Shown piece by piece: positions 22,884 to 35,280 of a stretch of 64,000 bases of DNA. The stretch is taken from assembly GCA_013239625.1 (NCBI GenBank), contig MU054338.1:2792977-2856976 (forward strand), written 5' to 3'. Positions within the stretch are counted from its first letter, which is position 1. Each line of letters opens with the position of its first letter. The DNA comes from Lama guanicoe (taxonomy: Eukaryota). The position numbers were made by a program, and so were the translations under genes. The notes beneath the pieces were generated by a model. That model made no database searches, was not told where the DNA came from, and was given only the letters and a program-made list of their open reading frames with translations.

Positions 22884-23451
22884 CTTCCTTCGACCTTTTT
22901 AAAGGGCCCTTGTGATTGATTACATTGGACCCACCCAGATAATCTAGGGTAATCAATCTCTTTATTTTAAAATCAGCTGATTAGCAACTGTAATTCCATC
23001 TGCAACTTTAAATCCCTTTTGTCATGTAACTTAAATAGTCACAGGTCCTGGGGATTTGGATGTGGACATCTGTAGGGAACCATTATTTTACCTGCCACAG
23101 CCTGTTAAATATGGTGGATAACACTGATTGAATCTGGTACACTGAACCAGACTTGCATCCCTGGAATAAACTCCACTTGGTCATGATGTGCAATTCTTTT
23201 TATATATTGCCGAATTCTATTTCCTAATATCTTGTTAAGGACTTTTGTGTCTGAATTAATGAAGGATGTTCTGTATTTTACTTTGTACTCTCCTTATTTG
23301 ATTTAGTATCAGGCTAGTGCTGGCTTTATAAAATAAATCAGGAAGTGTTCCCTCCTCTTCAGTTTTCTGGAAGAGATTATGTGAAAGTAGTGTTAATTCT
23401 TTGAACCTTTGTAGAATTCTCTATCTAGGCGTGGAGATTTCTTTTTTATGA

Positions 23452-23583
23452 TTTTTTTGGGGTTGGGATCTAATTAGGTTTATTTATTTATTTATTTATT
23501 TTTAAGAGGAGGTACTGGGAATGGAACCCAGGATCTTGTGCATGTTAAGCATTCGCTCTACCACTTGAGCTATACCCACCTAC
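23452..23583 (-). mobile_element. tRNA-derived camelid SINE (Vic-1-like), inserted in an old L1
   Basis: Same family; flanked by a T-rich direct repeat TTTTT[A/G]TGATTTTT. Confidence 0.8.
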
Positions 23584-23883
23584 CACTTTTTTGTGATTTT
23601 TGAAATTACAGATTCAATTTATTGAATAGTTATAAGGCTCCTGGACTTTATACACATAGCAAAGAATAGCCTTTGGAATCCACCCAAGAACTGTGTGACC
23701 CTGGGCAACCTCTTCATCTGCTGAACTGCCTAGTGTTCTTGATTACAAGACCTGCCATATAGGGGTGCCATAAATGGTTAATAGTTAATAAAGTTACGGC
23801 AACTAGTTTTAATTTTATTTATCAAAGGCAATGGGGACACACAGAAGGATTTAGAGCAGGGGAGGGAGATGGTCATAGCTGTA

Positions 23884-24025
23884 TTTTATTTTATTATTTA
23901 TTTATTTATTTTCAGGGGGAGGTAATTAGGTTTACTTACTTTTTTGATGGAGGTACTGGGAATTGAACCCAGAACCTTGTGCATGTTAGTCATGCACTCT
24001 ACTACTGAGATATACCCTCCCCCCG
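23884..24025 (-). mobile_element. tRNA-derived camelid SINE (Vic-1-like)
   Basis: Same family; TSD CATAG[C/T]TGTA. Confidence 0.85.
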
Positions 24026-24281
24026 CATAGTTGTAGTCAATCAAGATGGGAGAAGGGTGGGGTTGGGGGTGAATATGGAGGCCTAGAAGATGGCCAGGGT
24101 CCAAATGAGAGAGGCTGGAGGTCCAGCCCAGGGTTTTTGAAGAGAAAATAGGCAGGGGTATAAGCGGCCATTTGGGTTCTGCTGAGTCTGAGTGGCTGGG
24201 GGATACCCAGTTGGTGGCTAGACCTCAGGTAGGGGTGCGGTGGGGTGACTCCAAAAGGAGACTTGGACTGGACAAGAAGTG

Positions 24282-24774
24282 TGTCGACAAAAATTCAATT
24301 GACTATTAAATTAAGAAGAAAAGAAAGGGAATTTTATTTGAGCCAAATTAGGGATTATAACCCAGGAAGCATATTCTCAGAAAGCGCTAAGAACTGTTCT
24401 GCCTGTTAGAAGTTGAAGGCATAGTCCATGCATTTGCAAGACAAAGGATCCTGTGTACATCAAAGTGACATACTGATATTTCACGTAAAATTCACCAAAG
24501 ACGCATTGTCCAGGTAAGCAAGTACAAAGGGGGCAGCAAGTCATCATGCCCCCTACAGAGTGGGGAAAGAACGCCATTCTTTTAGGTTGCCAGCATTAGA
24601 AGAAAGAAAAAAATAGATCTTGACTGTCAAGCAGGCATTCACATCTTTGAGGATCTCTGGTTAATGTGTAATGAAATGCAGTTGTACGCTGTCCGTTAGG
24701 GAGGAAGGAGGCCCAAACAAACAGAATTTTGTTTATTTTTCCTTGTCGTGCCTTAAAATACAAACTTCATTTCA
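24282..24774 (-). mobile_element. Probable solo ERV LTR
   Basis: AT-rich block bounded by TG..CA with AATAAA on the - strand near 24333-24338; TSD not clear. Confidence 0.5.
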
Positions 24775-25199
24775 TCGTAAGTAATAACAATCATTCACAT
24801 TCCTCAGCTCCTACTATTTGTCAAGCCCTGTTCTTTAACAACTTGAAGCTGGAACTGTTATTCCCACGGGCAGACAGAGAGGTGGAGACACTTGGCCTAA
24901 GTCACAGAGCTGGTAAGTGGTGGAGCAGGATTTGGAGCTAGGTCCAGTCTGATTCCAGATCACCCTGGCTGGACACCCCGGCCCTGCCCCCACCCCCAAT
25001 GTCCTGTCCCCTCTTCCAGACTGTCCTCCGGATACACCTATCTGCAGCTGAGCCCAGTCAAAGCTGCCCTGCAGCTTGGAATCCCCACCCCAGGTTTTCA
25101 ACCCTGCCCGGGACTGGGAATTCCAGTGCTGGGAGGTAACCCTGTGTATTGAGGTAAAGGTCCCGGAACAGTGACCAGAGACAAAAGAAAGGGCTTCAG

Positions 25200-26400
25200 C
25201 CCTCTGGCACACTTCCATCCGGGCTCCGCCCACGAGCTCCGCGCCGCGGGGTTGGGGGACCGCGGTGGACTGGTCGGAGGAAGTAGTAGTTTAACACTGA
25301 TTGGCTGGAAGCAATCCAGCCTCTACTGTCTATTGGCTGAAGATGAAAAGGCCCTTCTCTAATTGGTTGGCGGGCTCCGCTCTGGTCCAATCAAGGAATC
25401 AGCCTAGGGGCGCCCCGAGGGTGGAGCTAACCCTTTAGAGACTGCCACCTGGCTTCGGTGCTTTATATTCGCGGCGCGAGGTTGCTTCCCCATTCTGTCC
25501 TGCAGCCCTATTGTGGTTAATTCTCCCGGGCGTCAGTTTCTCCCCTGGTCCCAGCAGCCGAAGCCTGTGAGTCTCTCAAAAGGGCTGGTCGCGGAACTCA
25601 ATTTCCCCGCTTGTCGTAGTGGACTGGGCCCCCCAGTCCACAATCGAGTAGGCTATGTCCTTGGGTGGAGTCATTAGTTCTCTGAAAGTGGAAGTCTCCG
25701 GCCTCAGTTTCCCCAATAGCACCATGAGCGCTGGGTTACCACCCCCCTCCCATTTTAGGTGGCCTCGGGCCTCAGTTTTCCTAATGGTCCTGGAGGGCTG
25801 AGGGCTCAACTCCCTCTCCCGTGCGCGCAGGCCAAGTGCCTCGGTTTTCCCGTTTGCTCCAGCGGGCCGAGCCCCAACCCGCCCACCGGCGGTGACCAAT
25901 GGCTGGGGCGCTCCCCGTTCGGGGCGGAGTTTCGTCACGTGCCGGGAAGAAAGAGCCGGAGGCGCACGGGGCTCCGGGCGCGGGGCGGAGCGGCCATGGC
26001 AGGTAAGGCGAGCCTGGCAGGGGGCCGGCGTGGCTCGGGGCGGGGTGGCTGGATCCGCTGAGGCCTCTCGGCCCCGCTGCAGCCTGTCGCTGCCCGCAGC
26101 TCCAGAGCCGCTGTCCCCAGCTGGGGGCGCAGGCGAGGAGGCGCCCGATGAGGACGAGGACGAAGCGGAGGCCGAGGACCCCGAGCGGCCAGGGGCAGCG
26201 GGCGGCGCGCGCGGCGGCGGTGGAAGTGGCGGCGGCGGGGCCGGGGCGGCTTGTTGCAGCGGGCCTGGGGGCGCGCTCACCAGGCGCGCGGTCACGCTGC
26301 GGGTGCTCCTTAAAGACGCGCTGCTGGAGCCCGGCGCCGGGGTGCTGTCAATCTACTATCTGGTGAGCGCCCCCCAGCCCAGAAAAGGGGAAACTGGAGT
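25200..26400. promoter_or_regulatory. MPND CpG-island promoter plus a separate upstream CCAAT cluster
   Basis: CCAAT 25896-25900, GC box GGGGCGGAGT 25921-25930 and E-box GTCACGTG 25934-25941 just before the ATG at 25996. ATTGG at 25300, 25332 and 25362, and CCAAT at 25387. Confidence 0.75.
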
Positions 26401-29400
26401 CCAGGGTGTTCCATTGCCGCAGGCGGAGCAACGGTGTGGGGAGGGGAAACTGAGGCACGGACCATCCAGATCTAGCACGAGCCCTTCTGGGCGGGAGAAC
26501 ATTGTTCATCAAACACCCCATTCCACAAAGGAGAAACTGAGGCTCACAGAGGACACTGCTGCCTTCCTGGCTGTGTGACTTCGTTCTCCCTCTGTACTAG
26601 GTTCCCCATCTGCAAAATGAGATTTTCTTTTCCCCTACTGGGTTGTATGAGGATTCATTGAGTAAGTGCTCAGCAGCATGCCTGCTGCACAGTAAGTGCT
26701 TCACAGGTGTTTGGTATTATTACTATTACTGTTCATGCTCTTTGTGAGTGGGAGCAATTTATAAATTGAGCACCTGCTGTGTGCCAGGCTATGGTGGCTG
26801 TTAGGGACACAGCAGATATCAAGACAGACCTTTGGGGTTCACAGTCCAGTGAAGGGAGGAGGGACATACCCATAACTGGACAATTTCAATCTGGGCTGAT
26901 CAGGACTGTGATCACGGACATACAGGCACTGGGAGGCTGGAAGGCTTCCTGGAAGGGGTGCTGTAGTGGGAAGTGGGTGCCAAGCCCCAGGGAGCACCGT
27001 GGGGTCAAGGAGGGCTTCCTGGAGGAGGGGTCTTGCTGGGTACCAGATCCTGGGCTCATCCAACCCACTGTCACTGCAGGGGAAAAAGTTCTTGGGAGAC
27101 CTGCAGCCAGATGGGAGGATCGTGTGGCAGGAAACGGGCCAGGTGTTCAACTCACCCAGTGCCTGGGCCACCCATTGCAAGAAGCTGGTGAACCCAGCCA
27201 AGAAGTCTGGCTGTGGCTGGGCCTCTGTCAAGTACAAGGGCCAGAAACTGGACAAGTACAAGGCGGCCTGGCTCCGGCGAAACCAGCTCCATGTGCCTGC
27301 AGCTGCCGCCGATGAGGTGCGTCCTTCAGCCCCCATCAGCAAGCCCTCCCTGACTCACTGTTGGACAAGGAGTGCCCAGAGAGAGGTTGTTGGAGCTGGG
27401 GACTTGAGGGATGAACTGGAGTTTGTCAGAGAAAGATGAAGGGAAGAGCTTTCCAGAGGAGGGAATGGCATATGCAAAGCCATGTAGGCCTGAAGCAACA
27501 CATGCCGCTTAGGGAACCATTATTAGCTGATGCAGCTGGAGGTTCAGATGCCTTGACAGCTGAGGGGGCTGGAGACGTTGGCAGGGATCAGATCTGGGAG
27601 GGTCTTGAATGCCATGGTAGAAACAGATATTCCTTAAATGTTCACCAGCTGGGTGAACTTGGCCAAGGAACCTCTCTGGGTTCCTAGTCTTAGTCATATG
27701 TAAAACAGAGATTATAATGGTACCCATGTGTATCAGAGATCTCTCCCTCCCCCATCCCCTCTGCCCTCCTCTCCCCCCTCCCCCTCTCCCTCTCTCTCCC
27801 TCCCCTGCTCCCTCTCTCTCTCTGTCCATCCATCTGTTGATCTATATCTGGCTCCTAAGCCTGATATCTGTAGGACCACTGGCAGGCTGGAAACTTAGGC
27901 AGCAGGCTGGAAACTTAGGCAGGAGTTAATGCTGCAGTCTTTAAAAGGCAGAATTCCTTATTTTCCAGGAAACCTCAGTTTTTGCTCATAAGGCCTTTCA
28001 ACTGATTGGATGAGGCTCACCGACATTATCAAGGATAAACTTTATTGAAAGTCAACTCATTGTAATGTGAACCACATCTACCCAATGCCTTCACAGCAAC
28101 ACCTGGACTAGTGTTTGATTAAATAACTGGGTACTAGAGCCTAGCCAAGTCGACTTATAAAACCAACTTTCGCACCATGCCATAGGGCTATTAATTCAGC
28201 AAGTATTTAGTCAATGCCAGTAGGGTGCTAGGCCCTCTTTTAGGTGATAATGATAAAGCAGTGAGCAAAATGAGAAAAAATCCCTGCTTTCATGAAGAGT
28301 GAGACAAACAAAATAAATAAAACCCTCTTATAGTCTGTTGGAAGAAGGGAGCAGGGGCAGGGGATGGGAGTGGTGAAAGGAATAAGGTGGTCAAGGAAGG
28401 CCTCACTGAGAAGGTGACATTTGATCGGAGTATTGAAGGAGGAGAGAAAGGGAGCCATGAGGATTTCTGGAAAACAGCACATGTAAAGGCCCTGAGGCTG
28501 GCATGTGTCTGACATACTGAAGGCATAGTGAGGAGGCCAGTGTGGCTGGAACAGAGTGAGCAAGGGGAAGAGTGGTAGGAAGTGAGGACAGGGAGGGGAC
28601 GGGGCAGATTGGGCAGGGCCTTGGGGGCCTTGGGAAGGACTTAGGCTTCTACCCTGAGGGAAGTGGGAGCCCTAGAGGACTGTGGGCAGAGGAGGAACAG
28701 GACTGGACTCAGGTGCTCACAAGCGGCTTCTGGTGGCTGTTATAGGGAGGACAGACTTTAGAGGGGTGGCGAGAGCAGGTGCCAGGGAATCAGGGTGCAG
28801 GTGACTGCACCGGTCCAGGTGGGTGATGATGGAGTCAACCAGATCAGCCACTGAGTGGGGAGGAAGTGGGTAGCTTCTGGTTAATTCTGAAAGTGGATCT
28901 GACCGGACTTGCTGATGGGTATGAAGTTGGCATTAGATGTTTTGTTCTGAGCAATTGGGTAGATGGGTTTGCCCACATCAGAGATGTAGGGATTCGGATA
29001 AAGCAGGTTTGAGGGGATGGTCGGGTGCAGGGTAGCCATGTTGAGTGTGAGACCCCCGTGAGACCCCTGCCTGGAGATGTCAAGGGGTAGCTGGACCCCA
29101 AGTCAGGAGCTCAGGGGAGGCCCAAGGGTGCAGTCAGGACTGTGGGTAGTTGTCTTGGGGGTAGATGGCGTTTGAACCCCAAGAGACAAGGCCACCTTGG
29201 AGGGGTGTGGGTTGGGGAGGAAAGAGGCCCCAGGACCCAGCCCTGGGCCAATGAAGGAGAGTGGGGAGGAAAGCCAGGTGAGTGCAGGGGTCCCTGAGGA
29301 GTTCCCAGGAGGAGGGGGACTAGTCGGGTCAGATGCTGCCGAGAGGAGGTGGGGGACAGAGACTGAGATGTAGCCGTTGGGTTTGGACACTGAGAGGTCA

Positions 29401-32400
29401 TCCCAGCAAGGGCAGTTTAGGAGAGAGCAAGAGGAGATGTTACTGAGAGAATCTGGTAAAGTAATCCACGCAAAGCTCTTGCTTGCTGGATGAATGAAGC
29501 AACGGCATTTATTAAATGCTTTGCACACTATCTCATTCGGCCACCCCTTAGGCCACCCCTGTGGGGCTGGAGGTCATTGTGCCCTGTTACAGATGAGACT
29601 AGAGCCGGAAGTCAGTTTGTATAGCAGAGGCAGGATTCCAACCTGCGAGACTGCCTCAGAGCCTAGACCGCCTCTGCTCACTCGCTCCCTCTGGTGGGCA
29701 CCTCGGGCAACGGCAGGGACCTAAGGCTCAGGCAAAGCAAAGGTTCCGGTGGAACGTGAGGGGACGATCGGGAGCATCCAGCTGAAAGTCTGGTCACTGT
29801 CCCCCAAACTCCAACCCCGCCAGAGCCCGGCCAGCGAAGGGGAGGAGGAGGAGCTGCTGGAGGAAGAGGAGGAGGAGGTTCTGACAGGAGTCTCAGCAGA
29901 GGACAAGAGTCGGAGACCACAGGCAAAGGGCCTCTCTGAGCCTGTCCACCTGGGTGAGATGTGTGGGAAACGGAGGACGCAGGGCGCGAGGGGGACAGAA
30001 CTTAGGGGGCTGGGGGGCAAATCTGGCTTTTCTTTTCCTTACAGCCCTCAAGACACCTGGCTGACACCTGGCCCCGCAGCCCTAATTTCACATTCTGCCT
30101 TACTTCTTAAGCTTGAATGCTATATTTCTTGGTCCCACTGCCCAATTTCTTTATCTGGGGCCCAATTTCTTCATCATGCTTCCTGATTTCCTTGCTCCCC
30201 TGTAGGTTTCTTTGCTCTGTTGCCTGATTTCTCCGACTGCTGCCTGATCATCACCTCATTTCCTGAGTCTTTCATTTGATCTTTAAATCTCTTCTGCCCA
30301 GTTTGTTAACTTGCCTCCTGATTTCCCAGTCCAGCTGCCTGATTTTTAAGGCTGCCCCTGGAGTTTTGTCTTTCTTGGGCTGCCTGGTCTTCGTTTTCCA
30401 GTTCCTGGCTAGGGAGACACTGACACTGTCTTTTTTCTTACCTGTGTCCCCCACCCTCCTCCCGATCCCGCAGAGGCCACGCTCCCAGGGAAACGGGTGG
30501 AAAACAAGATACGTGTGCCAGTGCGCTACTGCATGCTGGGAAGTCGGGACTCTGCCAGGTCAGATGCACCCCATGCCCACCCCCTGACCCCATCCCCATC
30601 TTGTGAGCTCTTGCGGGTGTGTGTGTGGGGGGCACAAGAGCAGGGGTACGGTGGAGATAAGACCTCAGACCTCATAGCTGGCCTTGTGGGGCTGGGGAGC
30701 CAGTCTGGGAATGAGGGAAGGGCCTGGGTGTTCCTGAGGCTGTGGGACCCTCCTGGCTCCTGTAGGAACCCTCACACCCTTGTGGAAGTAACATCCTTCG
30801 CAGCTATCAACAAGTTCCAGCCATTCAACGTGGCTATCTCCAGCAACGTGCTGTTCCTGCTGGTGCGTTCCCAGCTCCCACCTTGTCCCTTCTGAGCCGG
30901 GGCTCCCAGGCCTGGGCAGGGCGGTGGGGTCCTCAGGGAGGGTGTCCCTGGAAGGTCAGCTCCACAAGGGCAGGGATCTTGTCTGCTCTGTTCACTACCA
31001 GTAAACATTAGCACTCAATGTTTGAACAAAGGAGGAGGGGGGTGGGCTGACTCCCACACAATGCAAGGGCCCTGGCCCCCAGTTGGCATTGGGGCCAGGC
31101 AAAGCCTGAGTGGGTCTTCCGATGTCCCTCCCCTCCCCAGGACTTCCACAGCCACCTGACTCGCAGCCAGGTCGTGGGGTACCTGGGGGGCCGCTGGGAC
31201 ATCAACAGTCAGAGTGGGTATTTGGGCCCCATGGGCAGGGGGGTGTTTGGGGCCGGGATCGATGTCCACGCCTTCTCCCGCCTCCGCGCAGTGCTCACGG
31301 TGCTGAGAGCCTTCCCCTGTCGGAGTCGGCTGGGGGACGCCGATATGGCAGCCACCATCGAAGAGGAGGTGAGGGAGCGCACGGTGACAGGGCGTTCTGC
31401 GGAGGGCTGGTGGGGACACAGCTGTTGGCTACCACGTACCCGCGGCTAGCGCAGTGTCACCACTCAGCAAGGATGCAAATGAGAGTGAGTGCGGTGTGTG
31501 AGCACCAGTCCCCGCACCTGTGACCCCTGTGGTCCTACTTCCTCTGTGCCTGTGCGGGCCTCTTGTTTTCTGGGCCTCGGTTTCCACACCTGCCTGGCAC
31601 CTGGTAAAGGCCCGGTAAATATTAGCTGACGTTCTTAATATTCTCATAATGGTGCTTACTAGGCACCTGGCACTGTGCTAAGCGCTCTAGACCCACCTTC
31701 TTGTGTCCCCGCAGAAGGCAGGCGGAGACCGGAGAATAGTTGTTTACTCAGCGCACACGTTTCTCCTCCCACCTCTTCTTTTCGCTTGCCTCTACTCGCT
31801 CTGCACCCAGGAATGCCTGCCCTGTCTCTTCATTTAACTGCTGAGTGCCTACTGTGTGCCAGGCACTGCTCTTTGCGCCGGGGATACAGCAGTGAGCAAA
31901 ATAACCTTTTGCCTTTGATTTATGATAGGTGCATCTTTTTTTTTTTCTTTCCAATGTATTTGTTGGACTCATGAAGGTGGGCAGGGTCTGTCTCCGTCAC
32001 TGCTGTGTCCTCAGGCCTGGTACCCAGCAGGTGCTCATTAAATGTTGGCCACATGTGGGGCTGGATGGGTGCCAGGCACACTGGCTGCGGGAGTGGTGTG
32101 AGTGCCCTAGGGCTGGTAGAGCCTCGGTCCCGAGCTGGCCCTAGCCGTGTCTCTGCCCCTAGATCTACCAGAGCCTGCTTCTGCGGGGCCTGTCCCTGGT
32201 GGGCTGGTACCACAGCCACCCGCACAGCCCGGCGCTGCCGTCGCTGCAGGACATCGACGCGCAGATGGACTACCAGCTGCGGCTGCAGGGCTCCAGCAAC
32301 GGCTTTCAGCCCTGCCTCGCCCTGCTCTGCTGTGAGTCCCACGAAAGGGGCGGGTGTGGGACCCTGACGACCACCAAGCCCCGCCAGGCTCAGCCCCTTC

Positions 32401-34922
32401 TTTCTCCTCCCCTCAGCCCCTTACTACTCTGGCAACCCGGGGCCAGAGTCCAAGATCTCGCCCTTCTGGGTGATGCCGCCCCCTGAGGTAGGCGGGGCTG
32501 CTGGGGGAGGCCGGGCCGGGCGGCGTGGGCGGGGCCAGGAGGCTCGTGGGCAGCACAGAGCCTAGAGTCTGGTTCCGGACTCATTTGCGGAGCTGGGGTC
32601 TCAGTTTCTCTGCAAACATAATCACGGAGGCTCCTGCGAGGGCCTGGGTGTGAAGGGTGCTGGAAAGGTGGGGGCTGCACCCGTAGCATGCTGCTTTTGC
32701 TACCAAGATCGTCTCCTTCCTGAGCCTTGTTTGGTTTCATTCCCTAAGTCCGTATTGGGATCAGAGATAAGCTTTGGGGGAGGCGGGCGAGAGTATAGCT
32801 CCGTGGTTGAGTTCAATCCCCATTAAAACCAACCAACCAACCAACCCAATTACCCGCCCTCCCCCAGAAAAGCAGCTTTGTTAAGGAATTCCAGAGCCAC
32901 AGCCACTCCTGCCTGTGTGGTGGGGGGGATGCCACCCAGCTTCTCTAGCCGTGCTGCCGGGTTCCCCGAAGGGCCATAAGGCTCTGAATCTGATCCTAGT
33001 GCAGACCCAGGCCTGGAGTATCCATTCTGATTCCTAGCCTAGCGCACTTCCCAATGTCCACTGCTGTCTTGGGGTGGGGGCTGGGGGTGGTCAGCGCTGA
33101 CTGGCTCGTGTCCCTGCCAGCAAAGACCCAGTGACTATGGCATCCCCATGGACGTGGAAATGGCCTACGTCCAGGACAGCTTCCTGACTAATGACGTCCT
33201 TCATGAGATGGTGAGCTCACTCCTGGGCGGAGCGGGTGGGGGCCCCGGGAGGAGCAGATGGGGGCTGAGGGTGCCCAGCTGGACAGACCCCGGATTGTAT
33301 GACTCAGGAACCTGTGGGTAGATGCACCACATCGGGGCCCAGGGCAGGCTCCTCTTCCACTGCTGAAAATCAAGGGCTCTAAGGGTGGGTCCCAGACCCT
33401 TGCCCGAGCCCCTCCCGCCTCCCCCTCCCACGCCTTCCTGGCCTCCTCGCTGTTCTGGAGCATGCCAGCAATGCTCACGCCTTGGCTCTCTGCACCTGCC
33501 ACTGATTCTCCACGAGGGGACACGTGAACCTCAAGCGTTACCTGGGTGAAGATTTTTAATTCCTGCTGTTAAACAGGCATTTAAACAGATTGAGCTAGTT
33601 GGTCACACCTGTGATTTCAGGGATGTTACTCTCGGGATGAGGTTAAACCAGGGAGTGGTGTCAGGGCTGTGTGGGTGTAAAGAATCACGTTCGGTGGGCC
33701 GCCTTCTGCTGGCAGGGTTCAGTCTCCTCCGGGGGCCCTGCTACCAAGCTCCCTTATTTCTCCTGGGTGGGGGTGGTGCTGCTTGGCGGTTTACCTCCTG
33801 GCAATGCCTAGAGGCCACGTGAGGGGCAGAGCAGTGCCTGTCCCACCCGCTGCTGCCCCCTGGCGCCGGGCCTGGGCAGGGCGGGAGCCCGGGCTCTTAC
33901 CTGCCCCCACCCCGACCCGCAGACGCTGCTGGTGGAGTTCTACAAGGGCGCCCCTGACCTTGTCAGGTTCCAGGAGCCCTGGAACCAGGAGCACACCTAC
34001 CTCGACAAGCTGAAGGTGAGACTCATGCAAACCCCTCCCTGAAAAGATGATCTTGGGGAACCCCCGAGTCTATATCCATGGGCAGTATGAGAAATAGTGA
34101 CTTCTTAAGTGGTCCTGTGCAAAAATACTTTAGAAATGAACAGAGTCGTGTTTTATCACACATGGGCGGTGACGGCAGTAGAGGTCACCATCCAAGTGCA
34201 GAGGAAAAGGTAAAAGCCCCACAGACCCTGTGGCCCGGGGACATCCCGGCTGGAGAAGCTGCGCTGGGCCCCCCCTCCCCGGGCCACACGCTGGGGAGCA
34301 GAAGGCGGTCTGATCCGATCCCGAGCCTTACGCACCAGCAGAGCTGAACTGAGCAGAGCGGCTGGTGCGGGAGCGAGCTTCCCTGGCTCACCGGCCCTAC
34401 GGCTGGTCAGTGGGGTATGTCAAGAGGGCTTGGCAGCCTCTTCAGTGCGTCTCCTTATCTCCTGCTTGAGAGTCATTCTCAGAAGATACTCCCCACTCCC
34501 CTTTGCAGAAAAACAGAATTTCACACGTTTGCTTGTTTTGTTAGACCTGACAGCGACCAGGGCTTAAAGCTGCCACTGGTCACCTCCCACCCTGGCACTG
34601 GGTGGGAGGGGTGGGGGTGGCCCTGGGCATGCAAGGGGGCAGTAAGGAGGATTTGGATTGTGTGGAGGAACCCCTACCTCCCAAACAATGACATCCGGGG
34701 CCTTCGAGATGAAATGTGCCTAAGAGGAAGGCGCGGCTTTAGGGATACAGCCGAGAACCCCTCTGCCAGGCTGCAGCGCAGGGCCTCCAGGGCAGAAGCG
34801 CCCGCGCCGCCCTGAGGCAGGCCTGCCTATTTCAGATCTCCCTGGCCAGCAGGATGCCCAAGGACCAGGGCCTGTGCCACGTGCTGGAGCAGGTTTACAG
34901 CGTCCTCAAGCAGGGGAGCTGA
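25996..34922 (+). CDS. MPND: MPND, MPN domain-containing protein (RAMA + JAMM/MPN domain), 492 aa
   Basis: Exons 25996-26002, 26100-26362, 27080-27316, 29824-29953, 30474-30558, 30766-30862, 31141-31213, 31292-31368, 32163-32331, 32417-32487, 33121-33210, 33923-34015, 34836-34922. 1479 nt. Translation [18 protein letters not shown]...[17 protein letters not shown]...VLKQGS*. Confidence 0.96.
27860..28174. mobile_element. MLT2 (ERVL) LTR fragment
   Basis: AAGGCCTTTCAACTGATTGGATGAGGC...CCTTCACAGCAACACCTGGACTAGTGTTTGA...CTAGCCAAGTCGAC. Contains a perfect 20-nt tandem duplication at 27882-27921. Confidence 0.75.
28190..29420 (-). mobile_element. Long L2 LINE fragment
   Basis: GAAGGCCTCACTGAGAAGGTGACATTTG...AAAGGCCCTGAGGC...GGCCAGTGTGGCTGGAACAGAGTGAGC, typical of antisense L2. 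Confidence 0.75.
32785..32872 (+). mobile_element. Internally deleted Vic-1-like SINE
   Basis: GAGTATAGCTCCGTGGTTGAG joined directly to TTCAATCCCC, then (CAAC)n CCAATTACCC tail. Confidence 0.6.
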
Positions 34923-35042
34923 GGGCGCCAGCCTCCAAGGACCGGGGCGACCCAGGGCGAGGGCAGCGGGCCCCGGGCTCTGCCCGCGGCGGTGCCGCCC
35001 TGTCCCTGTGTGCCTGAGCTGCCGGGCAGCAGGCGCTCGCAC

Positions 35043-35048
35043 AATAAA
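35043..35048 (+). terminator. MPND polyadenylation signal AATAAA
   Basis: AATAAA 120 nt after the stop codon. Confidence 0.8.
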
Positions 35049-35274
35049 GGAGAGAAACAAGCAGCCCAGGTGCGTGCGTCGCGTCACGGGAGCAGGAGGG
35101 ACGTCACTCGGGCAGCCACGGCCAGCGGGGTGGGGGGCTCTCCCCACCCACACCAGTGACTGGCAACGATGGCCGTCCCTCCCAGGCCTGTATGGGCGCC
35201 TCGTGCCCTCGCTGGAGACCCTCGGGAGGGCCCGCCCTGCACCACAACCAGGCAAACGGCTGTAGAAAGAGACA

Positions 35275-35280
35275 TTTAAT
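35275..35280 (-). terminator. SH3GL1 polyadenylation signal ATTAAA
   Basis: TTTAAT on the + strand; would end a 3'UTR of about 1.35 kb, convergent with MPND. Confidence 0.65.

Larger units (their letters stand above)
22600..23640. mobile_element. Composite of old L1 ORF2 fragments (-) interrupted by SINEs and an MLT1 LTR piece (about 22890-23100)
   Basis: L1-like TTGCATCCCTGGAATAAACTCCACTTGGTCATGATG; MLT1-like GATTACATTGGACCCACCCAGATAATC...GGACATCT...CTGCCACA. Confidence 0.7.

Noticed and set aside
25576..26295. 239-aa ORF antisense to MPND exons 1-2
   Set aside because: Stop-poor CpG island; mirrors the MPND coding strand.
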